From: Octopus bimaculoides
Taxonomy: Eukaryota
Assembly: GCF_001194135.2 (NCBI RefSeq)
Contig: NC_068983.1
Location: 14,608,794-14,672,793, forward strand
Reading direction: 5' to 3'
Length of the DNA: 64,000 bases
Shown: piece after piece, positions 49,194-62,559 of the stretch
How positions within the stretch are numbered: the stretch's first letter is position 1
Layout of the letters: every line of letters starts with the position of its first letter
Position numbers and translations under genes: made by a program
Notes under the pieces: model-generated
Told to the model about the DNA's origin: nothing
What the model saw: only the letters and a program-made list of their open reading frames with translations
Database searches by the model: none

Positions 49194-50817
49194 GTAAGTT
49201 TAAGCGTTAATCATAGTGACAAAACGCTACAAGAATGTAAGAAACAGACCTCAGTGGAGAGTAACAGTTGTTCGCAAAGGAGTTAACTTCTAGAGTTTTT
49301 CTGATATTATTTCCATTGTTAGTCGTTTAAAAATAATGCAAAAGTTACACCCGTCTCTTGACGCCGATTAGAATTATACTTGCATTTAGGGATATGCTGA
49401 TCTATTTCAGGATATGAAGTTTTCCGGAGAGGTCTATAACTTATATCTGCTGAAGCGTAGAGATTTCTTAAATGTTCGAAATTATAGTAGGTTAGTCATC
49501 ATATCAAAATATATCGCATGGAAATTATAAAAATAATCATCACGTGAAAGAAATTCAGAACTTCATCTCTGGAACCTCATTTATGACATCGTACCAACCA
49601 GTTCTGAAAAATGTTGAGTAATTACGCAGCATACATTCGGAAATAATCTAAAGTGCACAGTTTTCAGAAAAAGAAGAGCCAGCAAGAAAGCATAAAAGAA
49701 TGAAATACAAGCAGCAGTTCTTTCTATCCAACCACAAATGCTGTCTAATAAACCGCTCTAAAAGTGAGCTGAATATAATAACTGTATTCCTGTCGCGATT
49801 AATCATGAAATTTGTAAGGTTTCGAGATGATTGGCATTGCTGTGTCGCTGAGTACTAGTGACACAAAAGCTTTGAATGCAGAACCACAAAGACGACAGTA
49901 TGTCACTTTTATACTGTTATATTTTTCTACAGTTTCAATAAACGAAGACGTTCAGCACGTGACGTCTTCATACACACATACATTCGTACATTCATACACC
50001 TTAAAAAAATATGAACTTCTGACGTGATTTGTTTGGGGAAATAGTGGATCTCGAGCAGCCGAATCTATTAAAAAATAAAGTGCAAAAGTGGGGGTCAAAA
50101 TCCCTTGGAGAGAAAAAGTTCAAGTCTACATCGGCACTTTATGCTCCAAACCGAAAATCGAATAGAGTTAAAGTGCTGAAAAAAAAAAAGAAAAAAAAAC
50201 GAGTGAGAAGATTTGGTGGAAGGAGATGATGTTATTAAAAAGACAAAAAAAAAAAAAGGCAAGGAAAGATCTTGCTTCCGTTAGATACAAACGTTGAGCT
50301 GAAACAATCTATGATAAAATGAATCCGTTTATATCCAATAAGATGGCGAACCGACAAATGAAGAAAAACAATGTAATTGCAGTCCTTTGTTATCTATGTT
50401 TTTCCAGTGATAAAAAATTGAAAGCAATTCAAAAAACGTGTATTCAAAAAGGATACAATTTTATGGCGTTGTTTCATTGATCGGAGGATGCGGAGTTATA
50501 TTATAAATCACGTTTATGTACGTACATATATGCGTACAAAATGCATACATGCATAACATACACACATATACAAAATCATAAACATCCACATATACTTACA
50601 CACATAAATACATGCATATAGTAAATAGGAGCACCTGCGAGTAGGTAGTTTAAAGCTAGTTCATCTAAACAAGGTATGATATTTTATCACTGGACGTGAA
50701 AAGAGACTAAGCAGATAGTCCTTAGTATTAATGTATATCTCTGGATCATGAAACATATGGGAAGAACGCCTCTTAAGTATATCACATAAAACTGTGGAAT
50801 ATTACGCAGCAGGATGT

Positions 50818-50850
<33 letters not shown>

Positions 50851-51065
50851 NNNNNNNNNNNNNNNNNNNNNNNNNNNNNNNNNNNNNNNNNNNNNNNNNN
50901 NNNNNNNNNNNNNNNNNNNNNNNNNNNNNACACACACATATATATATATATACACGCTCAATCCAAATATGGAGAAGCAAGAAAAAAATACGAATATATT
51001 GCAATTTCGGAAATATGTTATTTCTACTGGGGTCGTGCAATCACACATTACCTCTTTTTTAGAAT

Positions 51066-51521
51066 CAATATTGCTTCCAAATTTTTGCACAATATCAGAA
51101 CTTTTGGAGAGGGGAAAAGTCTATTACATAGAACCCGATGCTTAATTTTTACGTATTTTATCGATCTCGAAACGATGAAAAGCAATGTCAACCGCGGCGG
51201 AACTTGAACACCCAATGCAAAAACTGATGAAATGCCGCTAAGTATTTTGCCCGGTGTGCTAGTATTCTGCTATATAACCCCCTGTTTTATATATTTTTCT
51301 TTTTAATCCGTATTGGTTTCAAATTTTGGCACAAGGCCAGCAATTTCGGAGCATAGGCTAATTCAATTACATCAACACAAGTGTCCAACTAGTGCTTATC
51401 TCATCGATTCTGAAAGGAAAAAAATATAAAGTCGACTGGAGCGGAATTCGAACACGCAACATAAAAACACAACCGAAATTCCGGTAAGCTTTTTGCTCGG
51501 TGTGCTATCAATTCTGTCAGC
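51066..51521 (-). mobile_element. two old SINE family B copies (tail type 2; 51066-51270 and 51310-51521)
   Basis: caaattt(t)tg(g)cacaa tails; decayed B-box and heads. Confidence 0.75.
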
Positions 51522-52135
51522 ACTGAATTCTTTCATTCTTTAATTTTTTTGTTTGTTTTTAGTATCAATATTCCAAAATGGAAATACGAAAGAAATATGA
51601 CTCAGCTAGGGAACATACTTTCGATTAATTTACATGCTGGAAACAACAGCCAAATCTCTCTTACATGAAATCTGGCTGTTATATAGACCAAAATATATCT
51701 GGTAAAAAAGAAGCAATTGAGGAGGTAGAATAGGAAAGCGTTTTGATGAAAGGTTAACTCGACCTGCGCAGACTTGGGGATAAACTTTACCACGACCACG
51801 ACCACTTCCAGTACCGCCACCAGCTTCAACAACAACAACAAAATAGCGAAAGAAATATATAAGTGAAGAGGTTATTCAAAATTTAGAAATGTTTGTTATT
51901 TAAGCCCGACTGATTCAGTAAGCCTATTAGTGTAAGAGCTACATAAATGACAATTTTTTAAGCATCTAACGAGGCTACAAAAGGTACGCAATTAGTAGAA
52001 AGCGATACCTCATTTCTTGATGGGAGAAGGATATAAGTGCCAACCAGTACGGCGCCGGAAGACTTGAGCAAATGAAGTGCGGGTGTACATACGTAAATAC
52101 ATGCACACACACATATACACACGCGGATATGTATG

Positions 52136-52167
<32 letters not shown>

Positions 52168-52535
52168 AATTATCAACGGCCGGGGAAGGGATTTCGTAAT
52201 CAATTTCATTAGCCTGCAGCCGTTTAATGCTCCCATAACCAGTGCAATCAGAGACGAGTGTTTGTGTAACAGTTTATAGCTTCCTCGGAACTATCAAAAT
52301 GAAGTATCGCTATGCCTAAGGGAAATCACTATACATATATGCATACATACATAGCGATACTTCATTTTGATAGTTCCGAGGTTCAGGTTAAGTCAATCGA
52401 ATATCAGAAAACACAATTCGTAATAAATCGACTTACGCACTCATACACATGCACACATTACGAACTCTTAATTATAAATGTACACAACCGCTCACACAAT
52501 GTCTCTCTATATATAAATGGATATGCGTATGGGTT

Positions 52536-52583
<48 letters not shown>

Positions 52584-53126
52584 TGCAGCGTGCAGCGTGG
52601 AAGCCATTTAAAAACAGACAAAAACCTTCCACGTTGCAGTTGTTTTTGTTTCAGCACACGATTTCAGATCAGGTCACTTGCTACGCAAGTACATCTCCGT
52701 AATATATATATATNNNNNNNNNNNNNNNNNNNNNNNNNNNNNNNNNNNNNNNNNNNNNNNNNNNNNNNNNNNNNNNNNNNNNNNNNNNNNNNNNNNNNNN
52801 NNNNNNNNNNNNNNNNNNNNNNNNNNNNNNNNNNNNNNNNNNNNNNNNNNNNNNNNNNNNNNNNNNNNNNTATATATATTTGGAAAATGAGTATAGATGG
52901 CTTTTTGGGGAAAATTTTTATTTTAATAATAATTTTTACAGTGAGTGAATCTGGTATGAGATTCAAGCCTCAAGTAACATTTTTTCAAACTGAACAATGT
53001 ATGTTTTACTGGTTACTTATATAGCAAAAAGAAAAAAAAATATTATAAGTGTAGACACAGACAAATATACAGAAAAGAAGGAAAAGTATTTTAAAAAATA
53101 TACAAAAGCATGTGCGTATAAGATGA

Positions 53127-53130
53127 CGAA

Positions 53131-53177
<47 letters not shown>

Positions 53178-53223
53178 AGAAGAAGAAGAAGAAGAAGAAG
53201 AAGAAGAAGAAGAAGAAGAAGAA
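53127..53223. repeat. (GAA)n microsatellite
   Basis: Direct reading; produces the poly-K and poly-F ORFs. Confidence 0.97.
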
Positions 53224-53930
53224 AGCAGGCAAGGAAAATGAAGGGAAAATTAGTAAATCAAATAAAGATAAAAATAAAGATAAAGATAATAATAAAGATA
53301 CGACTAATAGTAGTTGAGAACGGAGGGGAAGGAGAGTTAAGTCCATCAAGAAGAAAGAAATGGAATATTGTGGAGAAGTCAATATTGCTGTGAAATATCA
53401 AAAGATTACCAGTGGGGTGTCTACTGATAAGGGATCACATACTCACTTCTCACACAGCCACGTCTACTAATTTTTTTTCAAATGTATAATAATGTACCAA
53501 GAACTTTCTTTCTCTTGCGTATTTGCATCTACCCGTATGTAAACTCAGAAACACCTTTTTTTTACACACTGGCATCTTGATAAAATTCTTGTAAAAGAGT
53601 TTTATCCCTTTTTGAATTTATTAATCAAATATATANNNNNNNNNNNNNNNNNNNNNNNNNNNNNNNNNNNNNNNNNNNNNNNNNNNNNNNNNNNNNNNNN
53701 NNNNNNNNNNNNNNNNNNNNNNNNNNNNNNNNNNNNNNNNNNNNNNNNNNNNNNNNNNNNNNNNNNNNNNNNNNNNNNNNNNNNNNNNNNNNNNNNNNNN
53801 NNNNNNNNNNNNNNNNNNNNNNNNNNNNNNNNNNNNNNNNNNNNNNNNNNNNNNNNNNNNNNNNNNNNNNNNNNNNNNNNNNNNNNNNNNNNNNNNNNNN
53901 NNNNNNNNNNNNNNNNNNNNNNNNNNNNNN

Positions 53931-54250
53931 TACAGGATATCAAGAGGTGATATTCTTACTGTATTTGTGTAACCTTGTTCGTTTTTTCCGTTCTTGTTTT
54001 TGTGTACATTTGCTGCTTTTTTCCAAGGAATCTAATGCTCTTAGCTTAGTTTTTCCTTGGGGCTGGCCAGATTGGAGCAATATGGAGAATAACCAGCCGA
54101 AATTGCAAGTAAAATCTGGATCTCAACTGAAGAGAGAAAACTCCGAAAGACATGTCCGTGTTTTCTTTGTATCGTCTATCTGTATGTTTTGTCCCTTTCT
54201 TGTATCACCTAACTGTATGGATGTTTTGCGTTCTTGTCCCATTCTGTATT
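53931..54250 (+). mobile_element. Penelope-like LTR remnant (family c)
   Basis: T-rich segments flank CTGAAGA-GAGAAAACTC-CGAAA-GACATGTC and end in a TA/TG microsatellite; same layout as family a. Inference. Confidence 0.45.
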
Positions 54251-55053
54251 ATGTATATATACATATGCGCGTGTGCGTGTGTGTGTACGTGTGTGCGAGA
54301 GTATGTGTGTTTCTGTGTGTACATTGAGTTAAGTGGATTATTTCATCTAAATACAAATACGTTTTCAACAGCATAAGTATAATAGGTTTAGAGAACTGTG
54401 TATGAACCAGTTTGCATTTGTACAAGTCTTGAGACATAAAATTTATCATTATTTTCGTGATACGTCTGTTGTCAGTTCTATTGTTAGTAATACAGTGACC
54501 ACATGTTTCAAAATATCCCAGAAATATGTCAAAGAGAATTTATAATATCGCTAATCCGAACCATCACTTGCGTGATTTGAAAGAGGTGAGACGTGATTGA
54601 CCAGGTTATTTTTAAGCATCATATTTCTAAATTTTTATTGTTGACACGAAGCAGGAATCACACAACCGATGCCAGCGCTAAGCTTTATCTTTGAGGCTTC
54701 TCATATAGAGATTCAAGCAATGTAAAAGAATTGCAAACGGCAATTTTTCGAATCGGAGATATATTATGCTTACTATTTTAACATACATCTCTCTCTACAC
54801 ACAATCAGAGCTGGTATTAGGGATGGATACACTGTGCAGTTGTCCAAGTGTCTCATAGTTCTAGGACAACATCTCTGATGTACATATGTTGTGGCTTGCC
54901 GGGTCAATAAGTAAACAATATCGGGTCCAGTCCACTGAGTTGTCTGGTGGTGGTGGCCGTGGGGCAAAATGCACCGAAGATACCTCCTCACACAGTAATA
55001 ATAAAATACAACACCCAATGCTATAGATGATCAAATATACTATAGGGTAAAGC

Positions 55054-55084
<31 letters not shown>

Positions 55085-55446
55085 AGAGAACGTGAGAGAG
55101 ATTATGCGTACACATGATACAGAAACGCACAGAGATATATGCTGTTACAAACATATTTATATATGCATATTTGTGCTGAGTTTTGATGCATATAGAGCCA
55201 CTTCTTTGCTCTTATTTTTTCCAGATCAACACTGACACGATTTAGATGTACCTTTCAGACTCTCAGCTATGAATTAACTAGCATATATATATATCCAGAT
55301 TTTACATGAGCGTGTAGATGCAAAATTACCATTGGTTGGTGTCTGGCTGCGCTGCAAAACCACTGAGAGTGACACTGATGTAAAACCCGACGGTTTCACG
55401 TGATTACCAGTCATCTCGATTTGGCCTCACACACACACACACACAA

Positions 55447-55563
<117 letters not shown>

Positions 55564-58257
55564 ATTGATATTGATATAAATATAGATATACATACATATA
55601 TACATATTAGTTTAACTTTGAATCTTATTATTGGTCGGTTCAGCAATTGTCATTCATCAACTTGAGTTGATAATGACCTTATATCTTGTTTCTGCGAATT
55701 TCCGTGTATCACTCTTTCTCGTTTTCTTTTTTCCCTGTATATTTGTCTGTACCTGTGCATGTTTGTGTGAGTCTGTGTGTTGCAACATATATTAAATACC
55801 GTACAAAAAATATTTTATTTATCGAAATCATTTCTCCTTAAGAAAAAAAAAAAAAAAAAAAAAGAAACGACTTTTGGCAATTGACACCAACTACAAAAAA
55901 GGCGGTAATAGTGTATCAAACGTTTCTCTAAAATCGACATGTCATTACGAAAAATGCAGTTTTTACATCTGGCGACAATTGGATATCCAAATATACGTGA
56001 TCCTGCCTCATTTCGCTTTATCAGCACAGCAGTTAATCTACTTTATCTCAGCAAATCAGACGTTTAGATTTATACAAAAAGCAACAACAAAAAGGAAACC
56101 CTATACATTTGCATTATGTAAACGGAAATGAGTTAAGAGTCAGCCATAAGGGAATGCAATAGCTTATATTTGAACAACGAGTATTTAAAATCATCTGGTA
56201 GGGACTGGAACCGACACAAAGTGAGAGGCGGTGATAATCTCAAGAAATTAAGGATTGTCCAAAGGACTCTCAAGTCTGTCCCTGTCTCGGTAAGCGTCAC
56301 CCGCTCAGTAGCTATCGTATTTTGTCACCAGGAGAGCAAAGGAGATATTCTTCTCTACTCTAAGCACAAGGCCCGAAATATTGGGGGAGGGTGCCAGTCG
56401 ATTAAATCGACACCATCAGGAGAGGAGATATGTAGAAAAACATGTGCGTCGATCAAATTTGGTATGCAATAATATTTATCTACATATCAACATTAAATAA
56501 CACCAATATTTTTGACATAAGTTGTAGGTGTATTATTAAGACGTTCCCAAGAAAACCTTAAATCATAACAAACATTAAAATATATCGGACATATCCTATA
56601 GTAGTGAGGCAACAAACCTAGAATTTATGAAACTGTAGTAAAAAAAAATATCAGTATACATGGGAAGAACTATATTGCTGAGCATTGACTCAATAAGCGT
56701 AACACAATTGAAGCCTTCAGAAACTTGATTAATAATGGCGAACTATCTCGGATGATTTTTAATATCGTCCGCACATCTATAACACAAAAACGGCATCCCA
56801 GAGGCTAGGCTTTCTCTTTGGAATGAAAAAAATATTTCAGATAATGTTTTATCCTACTTAATCTAAATAAATGTCGAAAAGTATTAAGTAGGATTGCAAT
56901 ATCTATCTCGACTTGATTCCCATCAGTAAGATAGGCTTGTGTAGTAATCATAACTTCTGATCCGAATAGATTATTGTTATCGACTCAGTTCTCAAAAATC
57001 CCAGGACAACTGTATGTTTTAAGATTTCAAATATTGTTCAACAACAACAAAAACAAAAATAAAAGACAAATTAATTATTTTATTTACTTAGAGAGTCTGT
57101 GTGCCTTGTTGAATAACATTCGCTGTCATCTTTATTTGAAATATACATGCGACATTAGATGAAAGGGAAAAAATAGAATTGGAAAATACGGCCAGAATAA
57201 AAGTTTTTATCGACTCACTCGGTGAAAATTTTATTTTGCGATAAGGGAGCCGAAACTTTTTTACTAATGATTGGCAGAAAACTGACAATTGCACAAACTA
57301 TTCAAAAAAACTAATGTTACAATTTTCTCTCCTATCTGAATTAGTCAACTCTACTATATCAACAACTATCGTAAAAAAAAAACATTCATAGATGGCTCAG
57401 TTTAGCTGTGGTAAACCCAACAATACAAAGAAAAGCCAACTGCAGTATGTATAATAGTTGAAATAATAGTTACTTTACACTGCTGTTTCTACAGTACTTA
57501 TAGAGAATGTGTATTATACATTTGCAACAACCAGTGTATACTTAAAGAGATTGACACAGACTATTAACAGGTATTTTGTTATAGTTAAAGTGCAAACGAA
57601 GTTTTCAAATATTGGTCTCTGTCTAATTCTGTTTGACTTTATATTCTTGAAAACAAGCAAGTTTAACTTATAAAAATCTTCGAAGTTTGTTCGACATATT
57701 GTAATTACATTAAAGGTATTTCTTGTGTTTTGATTCGGATTTCGAAAGACGTTCGTTTCAGACAGAAATATCTCTGCTACGAAGTTCCTTTGAGAACATT
57801 ATCTCAGTAGCTCTCTGAAAGATCGGTTGAATTGAAGGTTTCTTGATATTCGGATGCAGAAATGCAAAATCTGATTTACCAGTGGGTTTAGTATACTCAT
57901 ATCAATGACACTCTTCTGAAAGGATGCCAATGGCTGAACTTCAAATATATGATGCAAGGGACATAACCTATCTCGTGTATTGTATTTCATGCGTGTAGCG
58001 CAAACGAAACACAACATCCAGCATGGGCTTTTGTGACTCAGTCAAGTGTGTATGTAAGGTTCTGTGAATTTATCATATTCGAGTGCACTTATTTAAAATG
58101 TTTGACGTAGTTTAATTATTTTTGTTTTTTTTCGAGTGGAGAGTTAATGTCCATGATCTGTAACACGGCCTCTGACACTTGTGAGAGGTACGTATCCTCA
58201 AATCAGAGATCTGGTTCGAAAATTTGCTTCCAACAGATTGCACAGTGCTAAAGGAAC

Positions 58258-58312
58258 CCTGACGTCAGGCACTCGCTTCAAGCCAGGCGTTGCAATAAAT
58301 ATAACCGCCCCC
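58258..58312. promoter_or_regulatory. possible cis-element cluster: palindromic CRE (CCTGACGTCAGG) and GC box (CCGCCCCC)
   Basis: Motif matches only, in a locally GC-richer unique patch. Confidence 0.2.
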
Positions 58313-59704
58313 AAAAGCCCATAGCTGGATTTTAAAATTAGAAGGAAGGAGCCAAATCAAATAAAAACCTCATCTCATTCGGGGGTTTTATTACAGTTCT
58401 GCCGATCCGCAATTTTGGATAGGTATTTTTTTAGTGACTTCGAAAGCATAAAATAACAAAGTAGACTTCGGTGTGATTTCAGCTGAGAACGCAAAGAGAA
58501 TCGGAAATAATATTTCGAAACATTCTAATGACACTCTAACGACTTATCCATTTCGCTGTCTATCTCTATGGATTTTATTAAAACTCTTCCTTGATTATGT
58601 AAAACTGCGTCAAGATTCAGAAATTAGATAATTTTATACTGAACAGTTCCAAGGGAGAATATATTTTGAAATTACGTAAATATATATAATTTGCTTAAAC
58701 TCGTAAAAATTGTTCAACAAGCAATCCACTTGTCATACGCTTACAATATAGCAAATTAGAGCAGGAATGATATTTATTTTTGGAAGCTACATTAAATTAC
58801 CCATAATTTGATATGTAATATACAGTGATTCATTCGTAATTAGATACATGAACAAGGAAATTTCAAAATGTCGTACACCTATAAATTTTAGGAAAGGAGG
58901 AAACTCAGGAAAAAACCCCCACAATTTTATTATATATTTTAAGAGCTGAATTTCGTTGTGTGAGTGATGCTAGAATTCTACGACAGAAGGCAACTATTTG
59001 TGGTCTATTGAAATATTAATCATTTCAATAATGTTCCAAAGTGTTAAACTACCATCAAAAGTACATAATTCTAGTATACGAGTGGAGAATCCTTTGAGTA
59101 GAAAGGAAATAATTATTTTGTGTTAGAGTATTTGCTACAAGTAAATAGGAATTAAGAAGTGGCCTTCAATATTCCTTCTCTCTTTTGTTCTGTACTATGT
59201 GTCTTTCTTGCATACTGGTGGATGTGTGTCGTAAATGTACTGAGAATGAAAATACGAACATCAGCATGAACATTTATCGCGAGACTGTTACTGAGGTCGA
59301 TATTTAGAATATTTCACTTGCCTATACAGGAAGTCTGTTCCACAGATATTAAAACAAGTATTATCATAACACTGTCTGGAAGCTCTCATACAGACAATAT
59401 CTTCTACATCATCTCTCAAGAATAGATAAATTGACACACCAGGAATTTTTCTATGTTCTATATCCATCTTAGACGAATAAACAACAAAAGAAGCAAAGCA
59501 TTAATCCGTACATACATTCAATACCGTATGATGTTACTCAGAATTTGATAAACAACAGTAGCCAAAAGCCAAAATGAAAGCATCAGCAAAATGTTGAACA
59601 TTTTACAATTTGAGATTGAACACCCCCAATTCCCAATTACTCGTATTCTAACATTCAAGCACAAAACTTCAGAAGGGAACGAATGTATGACAGTAAATAA
59701 AAAA

Positions 59705-60027
59705 TACTGGCACCTCGTCGGTTACAACGACGATGGTTCCACTTGATCCGATCAACGGAACAGTTTGGTCGAGAACTTAACGGACAAATGACTGGGCATT
59801 CCACAAACATGCGTACCCTTAACGGAGTTCGTACGGAGATTCAACATGACACATAGTGGGAAAAGAACTGACACTTTGAAGTACAAGTACTACTCGTTTT
59901 TGCCAACTGAGTGGAGTGGAGCAACGTAAAATGAAGTGTCTAGCTCAAGGGCACAACGTACCACCAGGAATTAAATTCACCACCTTACGATTGCGAGTCG
60001 AATATCCTAACCGCAAGGCCACGCGCT
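59705..60027 (-). mobile_element. tRNA-SINE family D, full length
   Basis: Head gcgcgtggccttgcggttagg; core gcccttgagctaagacacttcattttacgttgctccactccactcag; 3' ~150 bp shared with family C. Confidence 0.8.
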
Positions 60028-60110
60028 TTTACTACGGAAGCAAATAACTAAGAAGGAAACCACTCTGTCCTCGAACTAACTGGTGTGTATTGTTTGTGTT
60101 ACCTGAAAGT

Positions 60111-60165
<55 letters not shown>

Positions 60166-60279
60166 GGAAAACACTCGGCGAGAAATGGAAGAAAATTTGA
60201 AGAAAGAAGAAAAATAACAATAATAATAATAATTGTAATAATAATAATAATGTTAATAACACATAATTTTCTTATGGTT

Positions 60280-60432
60280 TCTTAAACATTCACTTGAACA
60301 AAACTGTGCAAATCCAAATATATGGTACCCTAGGCATAACACCTACACGAACTTCTAACTTGTTGTCTCTTGAGGTCTCTGGGTGAGACTTGGATCCAAC
60401 TTGTACAAATGCAAAACAAAAGTCAAACATAA

Positions 60433-60435
<3 letters not shown>
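60280..60435 (+). mobile_element. probable 3' end of a (TAA)n-tailed retroelement (R4/Dong-like UTR)
   Basis: Unique segment ending gtcaaacataaaa directly in (TAA)n, with gaggtctctgggtgagacttgg; family link from recall only. Confidence 0.4.
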
Positions 60436-60491
<56 letters not shown>

Positions 60492-60508
60492 CAACAATGA
60501 TGATAATG

Positions 60509-60560
<52 letters not shown>

Positions 60561-60598
60561 TAATAATAATAATGGTAATAACAATAATAATAATAACG
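60434..60598. repeat. interrupted (TAA)n microsatellite
   Basis: Direct reading. Confidence 0.97.
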
Positions 60599-61495
60599 AA
60601 AGCAAGTGCAGTCTTACTTGGTCTCGTGAGCATTCCATCATGTCATATTTCAATAGTAATTCTAAAGCGATCCAAGTGCAGGAGATTGCTACAAAAGAGC
60701 TTTTGAACAAAAGAGACAGTAGAAGCCCTAAATCTCTCGAGATGTGACCGAAAATATCGATTATGTTACATTGCTTTGGTAGGTGTTATTGCCTTTTACT
60801 CTAGCAATAACTGCTTTAGGGAGTTCACTTACTTCAATACTCTTCATCACAAGATATAATGAATTACAATTTTGTTAAACATCACTGACACGAGGTTGTT
60901 GGCACTTGCAATAACTCAACAGACATATTTGAGCGACAATTCAGGCAGATAGCGGTAGAAATGTTGTCCTTTGTTTGAAGTTCCTTTCTAAAGGAAAGAA
61001 ACCCGCATACGGACCAAACAAAAGCGCTAGTACTAACCCACATTAGAGCATGCATAAATACATACACGCAAACTACACACACGCACACTCACACACACAC
61101 GCACTGATGTATGCATATACACTGAAGCAGACATGTACAATTGTACGCACACATTTACTCGAAGTTACACTCGCACATATAAAAGCTTATTCCCTTCGAC
61201 ATATATGCAAGCAAGAACCCACACACATACCTACACACACATGCACGCTCACATACACATATGTACGCACGCATACAAACACACATACACACACGCACGC
61301 ACGCAAATACGCACAGAAAGCTCACAATGTTACTAGAATAATCAGATGTGATTCGATATTGCAGCTATTAATGGAAGATTCAAAATTCGCTGGTCTTGTT
61401 TTTCTCTTCCACCGTTAGTTCCTTCACCATCGACAGCAATATACCCATTATTACTTTTGTGCCTATAGTAGAAAGGATTATTATTATTATTATTG

Positions 61496-61823
61496 TTCAG
61501 TAGTTTTATTTTTATAACGTGCTTTCACTTCACTACCGAGCGTAGAATGTGTGCAGTACCCAGTAGTGCAATTTTCTGTATGTTATATATATTTGTAAGT
61601 CCTGGTGTTTTTGTTATGTATTTGTCTGAATATTTTTTTTATTATACCCAAGGCACCTACTATGATAGGAATTGTTTCTGTTTTTAGACTCCACATTCGA
61701 GTTATCTCTATTTCCAGGTCTTTGTATTTTGAAAGTTTTTCCATTTCTTTTCGAGAAACGTTGTCATCTGCTGGTATTGATACATCAATTAGAAAGCATT
61801 TTTTTTCTTCATGATCTTTGACA
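61496..61823 (-). mobile_element. R4/Dong-clade non-LTR retrotransposon 3' end with restriction-like endonuclease
   Basis: VKDHEEKKCFLIDVSIPADDNVSRKEMEKLSKYKDLEIEITRMW...IIVGALG, +1 slip, then YSDKYITKTPGLTNIYNIQKIALLGTAHILR; ends actactgaac(aat)n. Confidence 0.88.
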
Positions 61824-62253
61824 NNNNNNNNNNNNNNNNNNNNNNNNNNNNNNNNNNNNNNNNNNNNNNNNNNNNNNNNNNNNNNNNNNNNNNNNNNNNN
61901 NNNNNNNNNNNNNNNNNNNNNNNNNNNNNNNNNNNNNNNNNNNNNNNNNNNNNNNNNNNNNNNNNNNNNNNNNNNNNNNNNNNNNNNNNNNNNNNNNNNN
62001 NNNNNNNNNNNNNNNNNNNNNNNNNNNNNNNNNNNNNNNNNNNNNNNNNNNNNNNNNNNNNNNNNNNNNNNNNNNNNNNNNNNNNNNNNNNNNNNNNNNN
62101 NNNNNNNNNNNNNNNNNNNNNNNNNNNNNNNNNNNNNNNNNNNNNNNNNNNNNNNNNNNNNNNNNNNNNNNNNNNNNNNNNNNNNNNNNNNNNNNNNNNN
62201 NNNNNNNNNNNNNNNNNNNNNNNNNNNNNNNNNNNNNNNNNNNNNNNNNNNNN

Positions 62254-62309
<56 letters not shown>

Positions 62310-62310
<1 letters not shown>

Positions 62311-62530
62311 AGCGGTGAGCTGGCAGAATCGTTAGCACGCTGGGCAAAGTGCTTAGCGGTATTTCGTCTGTCTTTACGTTCTGAGTTCAAATTTCGCCGA
62401 AGTCGATGTTGCCGTTCATCCTTCGGGGTCGATAAATCAAGTATCAATTTAGCATTGCGATCTATGTAATTGACCCCCATCCCCCACAAGAGTTCAGGCC
62501 TTGTACCTTTATTAGTGAGGATTATTATCA
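62310..62530 (+). mobile_element. SINE family B
   Basis: agcggtgagctggcagaatcgttagc head after (ATT)n; B-box gagttcaaatttc; tail gaggattattatc. Confidence 0.9.
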
Positions 62531-62559
62531 TTATTGTTTGATGAAAACACTCGGCTTAT

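Noticed and set aside
53436-53465. Minus-strand GTGAGT donor
   Set aside because: It overlaps a decayed SINE-A head (gtggctgtgtgagaag) and has no acceptor.
60825-60990. Minus-strand exon with strong acceptor and gtaagt donor
   Set aside because: All frames contain stops; it could only be non-coding and has no other support.
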